DNA of 59,706 nt from Candidatus Sericytochromatia bacterium (GCA_036676985.1 JAKFBU010000053.1:1-59706); one strand, 5' to 3'. Numbered from the stretch's first letter, positions 1 to 9,974 are shown. Notes: generated by a model not told the origin, from the sequence alone. Made by a program: numbers and translations.

Positions 1-1266
1 GTCCCAGTAGGCGGCCTCGGCCACCTGGACGCCGTTGCTCGTGACGGGCGTGCCCGCGCCCGTGGCGAAGACGGGCGTCACCGTGACGTAGTAGCTCGCG
101 CTCGCCCAGGCCCCCTGGAGGCTGCAGCCCGTGGCCTGATAGGAGGTGACGGCGCCCACGCTCACCTCCGAGCGGACATCGGCCGCACCGGGCGATGTCC
201 CCGCCTTGAGCAGGTAGCTCGTGGCGCTGGGATTGGACGTCCAGTTGGCGTAGAGGTAGCCCGCTCCGGCGGTGACGGGGCTGTACTGGTAGGCGTTGTC
301 GACGCCCACGGAGGTCGTGCCGTCCTGGACCGTGAAGGGGGCGGTCGTGTAGCTCGGGCCCTGGTAGACGAGGCTGCCGACCTGCACCGTGATGGCTCCG
401 CTCGTCAGGCCGCGCATGGAGACCGTCAGCTGCGTCGGGCTCGCGCTCGTGACCACGCCTGCCACGCCGTCGAAGCGCACGACGTTGTAGCTCGGCACCG
501 CATCGAAGCCCGTGCCCGTCAGGGTGACGGTCGCGCCCTCCCTCAGGCCCGACAGGTTGGAGGTGCTCGAGATGCCCAGGGCGCCGCCTGTCAGCAGGAA
601 CGTGGCATTGGCCGAGTCGTAGCCGATGGCGGCGAACGGATCGAGGTCCTGGGCCAGGGCCGCGTTGACCACGCCGAGCGCGCTCTGGTACTCGCCGAGC
701 GTGCAGTTGGCGACCGGAGTGTAGGCGTCGGGCGTGCCCACCGTGAGCTTGCCGATGAGGCTCGCAGGCGTGACCTGCTGAGGGGCGGGCAGGGCCTGCT
801 TGAGGCTCGTCACGGCACACAGGGCGGTCGTCGAGGCGTTCAGGCTCACCGCGCCGACGGTGCCGTTGGTCAGCGAGAGCCAGCCTGATCCCTGGGCCTG
901 GATCAGGGTCCGGATGCGGGCCGTCGGCTTGCCGATCCCGCTCGAGGCCAAGCTCTTGGCCGCCTCCAGGTAATAAGGCGTGGCGCCGGGCGTGATGCCG
1001 TAGCTCAGCGTGAAGCGCCCGCTCGCGTCCGTGACGGTCGTGGCGACGGTGTTGTTGGTGGCCGGATCGATCAAGGAGACGGTGGCGCTTCCGGCGAGGT
1101 TCGCCATGCTCGCCTGGGTCCCGCGGTCCAGGGCGCCCATGTCGACCCGCCCCGTCAGGCTCGCCACGGGGAGCGCGGCATCCGTTGGGGGGGGCGGAGG
1201 CGTGGCCGGTGCCGAAAGGCACCCCGTCAGGGCCGTCACGAGCAGGAGGGGCCAGACGCGACGCAT
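1..1266 (-). CDS. Surface lipoprotein with IPT/TIG domain and a further FN3-like module; 3' end runs off the window
   Basis: Not in the ORF track because it has no stop in the window. Manual translation from ATG 1266: MRRVWPLLLVTALTGC (lipobox), ATVSLID...YYLEAAK, later TVTLTGTGFDAVPSYNVVRFDG (TIG-like). RBS GAGGGGG overlaps the stop of the upstream paralog. Confidence 0.8.
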   Translation of the reverse strand, partial: MRRVWPLLLVTALTGCLSAPATPPPPPTDAALPVASLTGRVDMGALDRGTQASMANLAGSATVSLIDPATNNTVATTVTDASGRFTLSYGITPGATPYYLEAAKSLASSGIGKPTARIRTLIQAQGSGWLSLTNGTVGAVSLNASTTALCAVTSLKQALPAPQQVTPASLIGKLTVGTPDAYTPVANCTLGEYQSALGVVNAALAQDLDPFAAIGYDSANATFLLTGGALGISSTSNLSGLREGATVTLTGTGFDAVPSYNVVRFDGVAGVVTSASPTQLTVSMRGLTSGAITVQVGSLVYQGPSYTTAPFTVQDGTTSVGVDNAYQYSPVTAGAGYLYANWTSNPSATSYLLKAGTSPGAADVRSEVSVGAVTSYQATGCSLQGAWASASYYVTVTPVFATGAGTPVTSNGVQVAEAAYWD

Positions 1267-1274
1267 GGCCCCCC

Positions 1275-2216
1275 TCAATTCTGCCCGAGCACGCCGCCGA
1301 ACACCAGGTTCGTGACGGTAAAGACGGGGCCGGTCGTGGTCAGGCCGGCGATCCGGACGGAGACGGGGCCGGGCGTGGCCCCGGAGGGCACGGTGACCGT
1401 GAGCGTGTTCGCCGTGGCGCCGGAGACCGTGGCGAGGACGTCGTTGAAGCGGACGGCGTTGTTGGCGGGCACCGGGTCGAAGCCGCTGCCCGAGAGCGTG
1501 ACGGTGGTCCCGACGGTCCCCGAGGACGGAGCCAGCTGCGTGAGCGTGAGGCCCGAGAGGTTCTTCTTGGCCCACTGGCTCGGCTCGGTGAGCAGGATGC
1601 CGGCCATGGGGTCCTGATCCTCGGCGAGGAGCTGCTCGGCGAGGCTCTCGAGGGCCGTGAAGTCGGCGCCGCTCAGGTTGGTCACGGGGGTGTAGACGCC
1701 CGCCCCCGACTCGTAGGATCCGATCAAGGAGGCAAGATTCACGGCGCTGGCCGTCCCCGCGCGCAGGGAGGTCCCGACGCACAGGGCGGTGGTCGCCGTG
1801 TTCAGGACGATGCCCGAGCCCGCCGAGGCGTTGGTCAGGGTCGTCCAGCCCTGGTTGTACCGGGCGAGCGTGCGGAGCCGTGCGGCATTGTTGCCGGCGC
1901 GGTTGGAGCCGAGGCCCTTGACGGCCTCGAGGTAGTAGGAGTCGGTGGCCGACGGGCGGAAGCTGGTCCCGAAGGTGAGGCGAAACGCTCCCGACTGGCT
2001 GGTGAGGGTGGTGGACTCGGTGCGATTGGTCTGGGCGTTGATGAGGGAGACGGTGGCCGCCACGGCGACCTCCTCGAGCGTGGCCTGCACCTGGCGGGCG
2101 GGAAAGCGGACCTCGCCCACCAGGTCGCCGGGCTCGGTCGGAGCCGGGGGCAGGGGCGGCGTCCCTTGACATCCGGTCAACGCCAGGCTGGTGATGAGCA
2201 AAAACGTTCGAGTCAT
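1275..2216 (-). CDS. Lipoprotein with C-terminal IPT/TIG domain, paralog of the 1-1266 gene
   Basis: Lipobox LALTGC; TIG motif LAPSSGTVGTTVTLSGSGFD..NAVRFN..LTVTVPSGATPGPVSV. Confidence 0.85.
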   Translation of the reverse strand: MTRTFLLITSLALTGCQGTPPLPPAPTEPGDLVGEVRFPARQVQATLEEVAVAATVSLINAQTNRTESTTLTSQSGAFRLTFGTSFRPSATDSYYLEAVKGLGSNRAGNNAARLRTLARYNQGWTTLTNASAGSGIVLNTATTALCVGTSLRAGTASAVNLASLIGSYESGAGVYTPVTNLSGADFTALESLAEQLLAEDQDPMAGILLTEPSQWAKKNLSGLTLTQLAPSSGTVGTTVTLSGSGFDPVPANNAVRFNDVLATVSGATANTLTVTVPSGATPGPVSVRIAGLTTTGPVFTVTNLVFGGVLGQN

Positions 2217-2296
2217 GGAGGCCTCGGTGCGGAAGGCAGGAGCGGCCGGCCGAGACTACCCTACCCCTGCATACGGGTTCAGTAACAGGCGGCCGT

Positions 2297-4030
2297 CTAA
2301 CGCCGATCGGACTCGGGAGGCTCGGGGATCCGGAGATGGCGGGCCGCCAGGATCAGGAGGCAGGTCCCAAGTCCTGCGACGGCGACGAGTCCGGCGCCCG
2401 GATGGAACAGGTTCGCGAGTCGATCCAGCCCGAGGAGCAGGCTCGTGAGGACCAGGCTCACGAGGATGCCGCCGTAGAGTCCCTTGGTGAAGATGGAGTT
2501 GAGCTCCTTGCGGGCGAGGTTCTTGACCATACCCTCGATGGCCGCCGCGTCGGCGCCCTGGATCTTCGACTCGACCAGTGCCCGCACGTCGATGAGCCGA
2601 GCGAGGCGCGGGGCCTCGCGCTGGGCGGCGGCGAGGAGCTGGGTCTCGATGGTGCCGTGGATCCGCGCCAGGCGCTCGGCACCCAGGCGATCGCGCAGGC
2701 GGCCGATGGGCTTGTTGAGCACGAAGTCCGCGGCCTGCGTCAGCATGCCCTGCAGCTGCCGGTGCAGGCCCGCCTCCAGGAGCACGTCGTAGCCGAAGTC
2801 CACCACCTCGCGGATGGGCCCCTCGATGGGCGGTGCTGGCATGTCGCCGAGCTCGACGGCGCGCCACGAGGGAGGCAGGAACTCGGCGAGCTCGGCCCGC
2901 TTGAAGCGATCGAGCATGCGCCGGTAGAGGTGCTCCAGGGAGGTCTGGGCGGCCTCGCTGGAGACGACGGTGACGATGAAGCCCTTGAGGTCGCGCCTAA
3001 GCTCGGGCGGCACGGCCTCGTAGCGCTTGCCCAGGGGCACGCTGAAGACCTCGTCGAAGGCCTGATCGATCTTGGCGTTGAGCCGCAGCCGGTTCTCGGG
3101 GTCCTTGAGGCTCTCGCGGAAGCGCTCGACCTGGCCCGGCAGGATCTCGAGCAGCTTCTTGCGGTAGAAGGGCTTGTTCTCCCGGTAGGTGCTGCGGATG
3201 AACCACCCGACGAGCTCCCCCAGGAAGCCCTGGCGCGGCAGGTCCTCGATGAACCCCTCCACGCTGTCGAGCACGTAGCGGTCCAGCCACTCCTGGGTCT
3301 CCTTGCGGCGGAGCGTCTCCTCGAGGGCCTTGAGCCACTCGGGCATCTTCTCCTTGGCCTCGCGGCGGAAGGTGGCCTGTGCCTGCTCTGAGAAGAGGGT
3401 GCCCGGCGAGCCCAGCTCCGAGAGCCAGCGGTCGAGGGTGGCGGCGAGCTCCTCGGGCTGGTCGGTGAAGCCCTTGATGCGCGCCTTGAGGAAGCGCTCG
3501 ACGGCGTCCAGGAGGCCCGGCGCGACGAGCTCGTCCATGCGCATGTGCTTGCGCTCGATGACCAGGCGCGCGATGACGCCGGCCGTGCGCGCGCGGATCT
3601 CGGGGCTCGCGGCGAGAGAGGCCAGGTACTCGCCGACCCAGCCGCTCAGGACCTTGATCTCCTCGTCGAGGGCCTGCTGGGTGCTCGATAGCTCGCCCAG
3701 GAGCTCCCGGACCGAGGGCAGGTCCCGATCGACGAAGCGATCGACCTCGGCGTGCACGTTCTCCTTGATCTTGGCGGCCATTTCGGGGCTCGAGATGAAG
3801 GCCGTGAGCGTCTCCTCGGAGAGCAGCCGACCGCCGACGGCGTTGGCCACCTGTCGCGCGAGCGCCTCCTGGCGGGCAGGCAGCACGCCATGGAGGACCA
3901 GCGTGCCGATCTTCACGGGGGTGTGCGGCCTGAAGAGGAGCTGCACCGCCATGAAGTCGACCAGCCGACCCGTCAGGCCGCCGATGATGACGGCCAGGAC
4001 GAATTCATGCAAGAGGGGCGAGTCGAGCAT
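2297..4030 (-). CDS. DUF445 (YheB-like) membrane-anchored protein
   Basis: N-terminal IIGGLT..MAVQLLFRPH..GVLPARQEALA; C-terminal KELNSI..G..GG followed by hydrophobic helices; long helical middle. Confidence 0.75.
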   Translation of the reverse strand: MLDSPLLHEFVLAVIIGGLTGRLVDFMAVQLLFRPHTPVKIGTLVLHGVLPARQEALARQVANAVGGRLLSEETLTAFISSPEMAAKIKENVHAEVDRFVDRDLPSVRELLGELSSTQQALDEEIKVLSGWVGEYLASLAASPEIRARTAGVIARLVIERKHMRMDELVAPGLLDAVERFLKARIKGFTDQPEELAATLDRWLSELGSPGTLFSEQAQATFRREAKEKMPEWLKALEETLRRKETQEWLDRYVLDSVEGFIEDLPRQGFLGELVGWFIRSTYRENKPFYRKKLLEILPGQVERFRESLKDPENRLRLNAKIDQAFDEVFSVPLGKRYEAVPPELRRDLKGFIVTVVSSEAAQTSLEHLYRRMLDRFKRAELAEFLPPSWRAVELGDMPAPPIEGPIREVVDFGYDVLLEAGLHRQLQGMLTQAADFVLNKPIGRLRDRLGAERLARIHGTIETQLLAAAQREAPRLARLIDVRALVESKIQGADAAAIEGMVKNLARKELNSIFTKGLYGGILVSLVLTSLLLGLDRLANLFHPGAGLVAVAGLGTCLLILAARHLRIPEPPESDRR

Positions 4031-4067
4031 GCCTTTATGGTAGCACCGGTCGGCCGGACCTGGGGAA

Positions 4068-5987
4068 TCAGCGGGTCACGGAGACGGGCATCTGGCGGCG
4101 CAGCTCGCGGCGCCGGGCGCCGGTGTCGGCCCCGCCCGCGTCCAGGAGGGTGAAGTACTCCCGGTAGGCATCCAGGTACGGCCCGAAGACCTGCTCGGTC
4201 GCGGTCTCGAGCTGGTCCACGAAGGCCCGGCTCTCGGCGTTGCTCGTGAGCATCCTGAAGAGGCGCTTGCCCCAGCCCGTGGTCCCGTACTTGGGGCGCC
4301 GCACGAAGACGTTCTTCGCCCGCTCGACCCGGGTGGGCGCATAGACGAGCCCGCAGCGCTGCAAGTAGCGCAGGTCGTTCAAGAGCTCGCCGGTGGGCTG
4401 CGAGGCAGCGTAGGTCCCGGCGAGCTTGTCTTGCAGCAGGGGACGCATGGCCGGGTGGTTCAGGAGCGTCACCACCCCCTCTTTCCCGTCGATGTAGAGC
4501 CTCGGATCGCCCGTGGCCCGCTCCAACGTGTCGAGCGCCGCGTAGATCGACAGGAAGACCAGGGCGAGCCGGGAGGGATCCGTCCCCACCTGCGCGATGA
4601 GCATGTCGAGCCCGATCTCTTCGAGGGCCATGAGCAGGCCGAACTCGACGCGGTCGCCCTCCCATAGTTCCTGCAGCGTGCCCTCGGCCTTGGCGGCCGT
4701 CATGCTGGGGTCCAGCCGCTGGTACGAGGCCGCCCAGTCGGTGAAGCGGGCCGCGTCGTCCGCCAGATCTGCGTCCGCCGGCACGTACACCCGGATGGCC
4801 ACCCCCTCGAGGGAGGCGTCCACGATGCCCTGCACGGTGGGCAGGTCCGTGAGGCGGCCGTGCCAGGGCGCATGGCCCGCAGGCTCGACCGGCAGGGGAT
4901 AGACCGGCGGGCTGATGGACAGCCGATCGATCAGATAGCCGCCCGATGTCTGCTCGGCGAGCCGGTCTTGTAGTTGCTGGGCGACGCTCAGGCCGGGCAC
5001 CTGCAGGGAGCGCAGGGCGAAGCGCGCCATGGGCGAAAGGACGGGGAAGTCGTAGGTGGTGAGCACCCGGTAGGGCTCGCGGCCGTAGACCATGGCCTGC
5101 ATCTGGGCCCAGCGTTCGGGGGCGCGATCGCGCAGGAACTGCTCGAGGTCCGCATCCTGCCCCTGGTTGACGACCTGGTCGAACCGGGCCTTGGTGGCCT
5201 CGTCGGCACCCTTGAGGGCGGCGCAGATGCACTCGGCGAGCAGGAGGTCGCCCAGGCGGCTGCGCGGGTTGTTCTGGACGTTGGAGATGAGGTGAAAGCG
5301 CGCCGAGAGGAGCTGGGTGGCGACGTAGGTGTGCGAGGCGGACAGCACAAGCCCGTACTCGGCGTCGGGGACGTAGAGGTCCACCAGCGCCTGGGTGTCG
5401 ACCCCGTGCGTGAAGCCGCAGTAGTAGTTGTCGCGCAGGATGTAATCGATGCGGTCGGCGTCGATCTCCGAGTGCGTGAACATGTTGAGCTCGGGCCGCG
5501 GGTGCTCGCCGATGGCGACCAGCGCGATCTCGTGGCGGTCCAGCCGCCGGTACTCGGGGTGCCGCGAGAGGACCTCGCCGATCTCGGGATCGTGCTCGAG
5601 GATCTCGCGGGTGTGCTCCTCGTGGTCCAGGTAGCCCTTGAGGAAGGCGTATTCCGGATCCGAGGCGAAGCGCCGGGCGGCGTCCTCCAGGGAGTGGGAG
5701 AAGGGCCGGTGCCCGAGATCGTGGCAGAGGGCGCCCAGGCGGATGAGCATGAGGTCGTCCGCGCTGAAGATGGGCAGCGTGTTGGAGAGGAGCCATGCGG
5801 TGTGCATGGCGCCGATGACGTGCTCGTAACGGGTGTGGTGCGCCCCGGAGAACACGACGTAGGCCATGCCCATCTGCCGCACTCCCCGCAGGCGGCTGAA
5901 GGGCTTCGTACGGAGCAGATCCCGCTCACACGCGGTGAGCGGGATCATGCCGTGGATGGGATCGCGGACGCGGTCCGAGAAGATCAA
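4068..5987 (-). CDS. HD-domain dNTP triphosphohydrolase-like protein (SAMHD1/YwfO family) with long C-terminal extension
   Basis: DPIHG, RLRGVRQMG, HTRYEH, CHDLGH-PFSH and DADRIDYILRD motifs; TTG start overlaps the OPT stop. Confidence 0.85.
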   Translation of the reverse strand: MIFSDRVRDPIHGMIPLTACERDLLRTKPFSRLRGVRQMGMAYVVFSGAHHTRYEHVIGAMHTAWLLSNTLPIFSADDLMLIRLGALCHDLGHRPFSHSLEDAARRFASDPEYAFLKGYLDHEEHTREILEHDPEIGEVLSRHPEYRRLDRHEIALVAIGEHPRPELNMFTHSEIDADRIDYILRDNYYCGFTHGVDTQALVDLYVPDAEYGLVLSASHTYVATQLLSARFHLISNVQNNPRSRLGDLLLAECICAALKGADEATKARFDQVVNQGQDADLEQFLRDRAPERWAQMQAMVYGREPYRVLTTYDFPVLSPMARFALRSLQVPGLSVAQQLQDRLAEQTSGGYLIDRLSISPPVYPLPVEPAGHAPWHGRLTDLPTVQGIVDASLEGVAIRVYVPADADLADDAARFTDWAASYQRLDPSMTAAKAEGTLQELWEGDRVEFGLLMALEEIGLDMLIAQVGTDPSRLALVFLSIYAALDTLERATGDPRLYIDGKEGVVTLLNHPAMRPLLQDKLAGTYAASQPTGELLNDLRYLQRCGLVYAPTRVERAKNVFVRRPKYGTTGWGKRLFRMLTSNAESRAFVDQLETATEQVFGPYLDAYREYFTLLDAGGADTGARRRELRRQMPVSVTR

Positions 5988-7846
5988 GGCAGGATGGCAC
6001 CCAAGAGCGCCACGGCCACGCCCATCAAGCTCTCGCCGGCGATGAGGCCGGAGGCGATCGGAATGATGAAGATGGCGGCGGTCTTCGGACCCTTCTTTTC
6101 CCAGACCAGCGCGATGAGGGCGCCCAGGAACATGGAGATGGCGTTGGTCGCGGGGATGACCATCGCGAGGCCGAGACCCATGGCCGAGGGAACGAAGGCC
6201 TTGGCCTTCTTGGGCGCGAAGTGCTCGACGAGCACCAGCACCAGGCCGAGCAGGGCGCCGACCAGGATGGCGACGCGGGCGGTCGGGTGGAGGCTGTCGA
6301 GGCCGTTGCTCAGGAGCTTGGCGACGCTCGCCCAGACCTCGGCCGCGGGAGCCGGGAACTTCTCGTTGCCGATGGACTGCGCGTTGGGCACGAGCAGGTA
6401 GAAGGCGGGAACCACCACGAGGGTGCCCACGAAGATGCCCGCGAACTGCGCGAGGAACTGCTTGCGGGGGTTGGCGCCCAGCAGGTATCCGCTCTTGAGG
6501 TCGGTGAGCAGGTCCGCCGCCGAGCCCGCCGCACCGGCGGTGACGCAGGCGGTCATGAGGTTGGTGATGGTGTTGGCCGGGGCCAGGATGCCGTAGGTGA
6601 GCTGGGTGATCTTGCCCATGGCGCCGATGGGGGTGGTGTCCGTCTCACCGGTGGCGCGGCAGGCGACCAGGCTCAGGAAGAAGGTCATGACGACGGCGAC
6701 GATGCTCATCCAGGGCGAGACGTGGAAGGCGAAGTGCATGATGGCCATGACGCCCGCGGCGGCGATCAGCGTGCCGGTCCAGAACCAGGACGAGGGCACC
6801 TCGATGGCGGCCAGGGGATCGGCCGCGCTGCCCGGCTCCGCCTTCTTGGGGGTGAGGGCGCGGACGATGGTCTTCCACTGGAGGGCGAAGCCGAAGAGGC
6901 CCGAGCTGACCATGAGGGCCGACCCGCCCCAGAGGGTCCACTTGCGGACGGCCTCGAGCTCGAAGGCGCCGGGGAAGTGGGTCCAGACGTAGGGGGCCGC
7001 GATGGCGTAGGTGCCGATGGCGCCGAGCATCATGCTCCAGCCCGTCTTCCAGCCCATGAGGGCGCCCGCGGCGATCATGATGCTCGAGGCCTCGAGCGTG
7101 AACGTCCACTTGGCGATGGGCTGGCCGGCGATCTTGAGGAAGGGGATGTCGAAGTGCGAGGGGATGGCGAAGAAGGCCTTGTGGAAGTGGCCGTTGAACC
7201 AGGCCATACCGTCGCGGAGCCAGCCGATGGCAGCACCCAGGCCCAGCATCTGGAACAGCGCGCGCGCCTGGACGACAGCCTCTTCGCCCTTGGCGTGGAG
7301 GCTCTTGAGGGTCGTCGCCGCGGCCACGCCCGAGGGGAAGCGCAGCTGCTCGCGGTTGATCATCTGGCGCTTCATGGGGATGGCCATCATGACGCCCAGC
7401 ATCGCCAGGAAGAAGGTCCAGCCCATGAGGGTCCAGAACTCCATGTGCGTGCCGGTGACGAGCAGGTAGGCCGCGATCGCCGAGACCATGGTGCCGCCGG
7501 TCGAGTAGCCGGCCGAGGAGGCCGTCGACTGCATGGCGTTGTTCTCGAGGATGGACATGTCCGACTTGGCCAGGCCGATCTTGCGCAGCGACGTCCAGAT
7601 GGCGTAGGACAGGATGCACGCCGTGATGGCGACGCCGAGCCCCCAGCCGGTCTTGAGGCCGACGTAGAGGTTGGACAGCGACATGATGGCACCGAGGATG
7701 CTGCCCATGATCACCGAGCGAACGGTGAGCTGGGGCATGGAGTCACCCTGGTAGACGTTTTGGTACCAGTCGAGCTCGCGCTCTTCGGGCGTCAACTCCG
7801 CGGCGGGCACTTGACCCACCTCCGGGCTGCTGGCGGTCGTGGACAT
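5984..7846 (-). CDS. OPT-family oligopeptide transporter
   Basis: QLTVRS, NLYVGLKTG, ENNAMQSTAS, LRFPSGVAAA, DLKSGYLLGANPRKQ and SGLIAGES motifs; many TM helices. Confidence 0.93.
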   Translation of the reverse strand: MSTTASSPEVGQVPAAELTPEERELDWYQNVYQGDSMPQLTVRSVIMGSILGAIMSLSNLYVGLKTGWGLGVAITACILSYAIWTSLRKIGLAKSDMSILENNAMQSTASSAGYSTGGTMVSAIAAYLLVTGTHMEFWTLMGWTFFLAMLGVMMAIPMKRQMINREQLRFPSGVAAATTLKSLHAKGEEAVVQARALFQMLGLGAAIGWLRDGMAWFNGHFHKAFFAIPSHFDIPFLKIAGQPIAKWTFTLEASSIMIAAGALMGWKTGWSMMLGAIGTYAIAAPYVWTHFPGAFELEAVRKWTLWGGSALMVSSGLFGFALQWKTIVRALTPKKAEPGSAADPLAAIEVPSSWFWTGTLIAAAGVMAIMHFAFHVSPWMSIVAVVMTFFLSLVACRATGETDTTPIGAMGKITQLTYGILAPANTITNLMTACVTAGAAGSAADLLTDLKSGYLLGANPRKQFLAQFAGIFVGTLVVVPAFYLLVPNAQSIGNEKFPAPAAEVWASVAKLLSNGLDSLHPTARVAILVGALLGLVLVLVEHFAPKKAKAFVPSAMGLGLAMVIPATNAISMFLGALIALVWEKKGPKTAAIFIIPIASGLIAGESLMGVAVALLGAILP

Positions 7847-7998
7847 GGATAGGAGTCCTCTTGTCTTGGAGCTCCGGCCCGGAGGCCGTGGGATGATAGC
7901 TCTGGGATTGTATCATCCTGCCAATCAAAGGTCCACGCTGAGTTTGCGCCCTTTCGACATGTCAACGAGGCAGCGCCCTTGATGTGAGGTCTCTAATG

Positions 7999-8028
7999 GA
8001 TCGGCGGGGGCCGCGGCCCCCGCCGATC
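7999..8028. terminator. GC-rich hairpin just downstream of the 8040-9101 gene
   Basis: gatcggcgggggcc-gc-ggcccccgccgatc perfect inverted repeat; no strong U-tract. Confidence 0.55.
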
Positions 8029-8039
8029 GTCGCACGTGG

Positions 8040-9101
8040 CTAGTCGCAGCGCTGCTTGTGGAGCTGGATGTTGCCGCCTCCGGGGCGGTCGCCGCCGAGC
8101 TCGCCCGAGAGATCGACGCCGAGGCCGGTGCTGAACGAGAAGGTATCGCGACGTCCGGGCTCGCCGTTGTCGGTCACGACCGCGGTGAACGTGCCGCCGC
8201 CGCGCAGGGTGCCCGAGAAGGTGACGGTGTCGCCGTCGCACTCGACGGCGGTGACGCGGCCGCGGAAGCGGGTCTTGGTGGCGTGGTCCACGACCTGGAT
8301 GTTGCCGGAGGGGCCGAGGGCCGGGTTGTGGTGGGCGACGAAGCCGAAGGTCACCTTCTGGTTGCCGTTGAGGATGAAGCCGCCGCCCGTCACGTCGCAG
8401 CCGCAGTCCTCGTCCTCAGGCGGAGGTGGGGTGGGCGTGGGGCGCGTGGTGGGCCGGGGCGTGGGACGGTGGCTGGCGGTGGGCGTCGGAGTTGCGCTGG
8501 GGGAGGGGCTGGGCGTCACTTCGAGGCCGGGGACCCGCGGGGTCGCGGTCGGCCAGGGTGTCGGGGCCGGCGCTTCGGTGAAGTCGCCGTAGAACTTGAC
8601 CTCGCAGACCAGGAGCTGGCTGGTGGCCCCGTGGAACGTCAGGCGCACGAAGCGCGTCTCGACGTAGGGCAGGTCGATCCAGTCCATGGTGGCCGTGGCG
8701 GGGCTCAGGCCCTCCTCGACGACCTCCCAGTCCTGCCCGTCGGTCGAGACCTCCACGTCGACGGTGATGCCGTCCGGGCTCTTCTTGATGCCCATGCCCG
8801 TGAGGGCCTGCGTCCTGTTGAGGTCGAAGGTGAGGGTCGGCGTCGAATCCGACTCGGAGGGGGCCCAGGCCGTCCCGAGGTTGCCGTCCGTCACCATGGT
8901 GACCGGGAAATAGGAGTTGCGCTCGGAGCTTGCCGTCACGCGGGCGATCCCCACCTCGTCCGCCTGGATCGAGAAGGCCTGGTAGCGGGCCGAGGTGGCG
9001 AAGCCGAACACGCCGTTCCGGATGGTGTCGCCCGGCTGGAGGCCGCAGCTGGCCGCGAGCAGGCTACCCATCAAAATGGTCTTCAGTAGGTTGGATCTCA
9101 T
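8040..9101 (-). CDS. Lipoprotein: discoidin/F5-8 type C-like domain, Pro/Thr linker, post-COAP-1-like C-terminal domain
   Basis: Lipobox LAASC; DGNLGTAW..LTFDL..VSTDGQDW..TRFVRL..VCEVKFYG; PT repeats; VTGGGFI..KVTFGF..DNGEPG..GGNIQLH. Start placed at ATG 9101 behind a GGGGGA RBS. Confidence 0.75.
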   Translation of the reverse strand: MRSNLLKTILMGSLLAASCGLQPGDTIRNGVFGFATSARYQAFSIQADEVGIARVTASSERNSYFPVTMVTDGNLGTAWAPSESDSTPTLTFDLNRTQALTGMGIKKSPDGITVDVEVSTDGQDWEVVEEGLSPATATMDWIDLPYVETRFVRLTFHGATSQLLVCEVKFYGDFTEAPAPTPWPTATPRVPGLEVTPSPSPSATPTPTASHRPTPRPTTRPTPTPPPPEDEDCGCDVTGGGFILNGNQKVTFGFVAHHNPALGPSGNIQVVDHATKTRFRGRVTAVECDGDTVTFSGTLRGGGTFTAVVTDNGEPGRRDTFSFSTGLGVDLSGELGGDRPGGGNIQLHKQRCD

Positions 9102-9358
9102 CCGTCCCCCTGTTCCGATAAACACCCGTGCTGACGTCCGCCACTATAGGGGGGCCGGCGCTCGATCCCGTACAAACAAGGGGAAGTTTCGGGCGAAGTT
9201 TGGACGTATGGCCTTAGGGGACGGGAATTTCGTCGGTGATCTTGATGGAACGCCTTTAAACTGGCGATGTGCGCCGCTAATTAAGGTCACATCGCGATAG
9301 TACATGTCACCCGAAGGAACGCTTGCATGGGGGACGACTCTTCGCTAAACTGCTATGA

Positions 9359-9377
9359 TTAAGGCTAGTTTAAGAAA
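9359..9377 (+). promoter_or_regulatory. TTAAG-N6-TTAAG direct-repeat operator immediately after an extended -10 (TGcTATGAT)
   Basis: ttaaggctagtttaagaaa; 16/19 identical to the minus-strand site at 16544-16562. Confidence 0.55.
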
Positions 9378-9405
9378 TTCCCGCAGGTCGGGGAAGGGAG
9401 GCGCC

Positions 9406-9834
9406 ATGCTGAGGGGTTGGATGGGCTTGGTGGTTGCGAGCTTGCTCTTGGCGGGCTGCGGCCAGACCGGGCGAGTGCCCACCGCCTCCGAGGTGCGCGT
9501 GCAGGCCCGCTCGATCCAGAACGTGACGGTGGAGGAAGCCCGGGCGCTCATGGCGGCGGATCCGGCGCTCATCGTGGTGGACGTGCGCGAGGCGGCCGAG
9601 TTCGAGGCGGGCCACGTCCAAGGGGCGTTGCTGCGTCCGGTGGGCCAGGTCTCCAAGTGGAGCAAGGATCTCGCCAAGGACGCCCACATCCTCGCCGTGT
9701 GCCGGAGCGGCCATCGCAGCGGGCTTGCGGCCGCAAAGCTCGTGGACTACGGCTTCACCAACGTCGCCTCCATGACCGGCGGCATGAACGCCTGGACGGC
9801 GGCGGGCTTCCCGGTCGTCACCGGCCAGCGCTAG
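9406..9834 (+). CDS. Rhodanese-domain lipoprotein
   Basis: Lipobox LLAGC; VDVRE..EF..GHVQGA; active loop CRSGHRS; GGMNAW. RBS GGGAGG before ATG 9406. Confidence 0.9.
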   Translation: MLRGWMGLVVASLLLAGCGQTGRVPTASEVRVQARSIQNVTVEEARALMAADPALIVVDVREAAEFEAGHVQGALLRPVGQVSKWSKDLAKDAHILAVCRSGHRSGLAAAKLVDYGFTNVASMTGGMNAWTAAGFPVVTGQR

Positions 9835-9847
9835 TCGTGTACTCAGC

Positions 9848-9879
9848 AAGGGCCTCGGGCTGAAGCCCGAGGCCCTTTT
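9848..9879 (+). terminator. Rho-independent terminator
   Basis: aagggcctcgggc-tgaa-gcccgaggccctt followed by T residues. Confidence 0.85.
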
Positions 9880-9913
9880 GTCTTTGCAGGCTACTGGCTC
9901 TCCAGGAGTCCGT

Positions 9914-9945
9914 GCTCCCGTCATTCCGGTGCAGGCCGGAATCCA
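9914..9945 (+). repeat. CGTC-type REP-like palindrome
   Basis: gctcccgtcattccggtgcaggccggaatcca; related copies at 23791, 23938 and 45663. Confidence 0.75.
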
Positions 9946-9974
9946 TCGTCGCCCACCGAGGCGGTCAATCGCCT

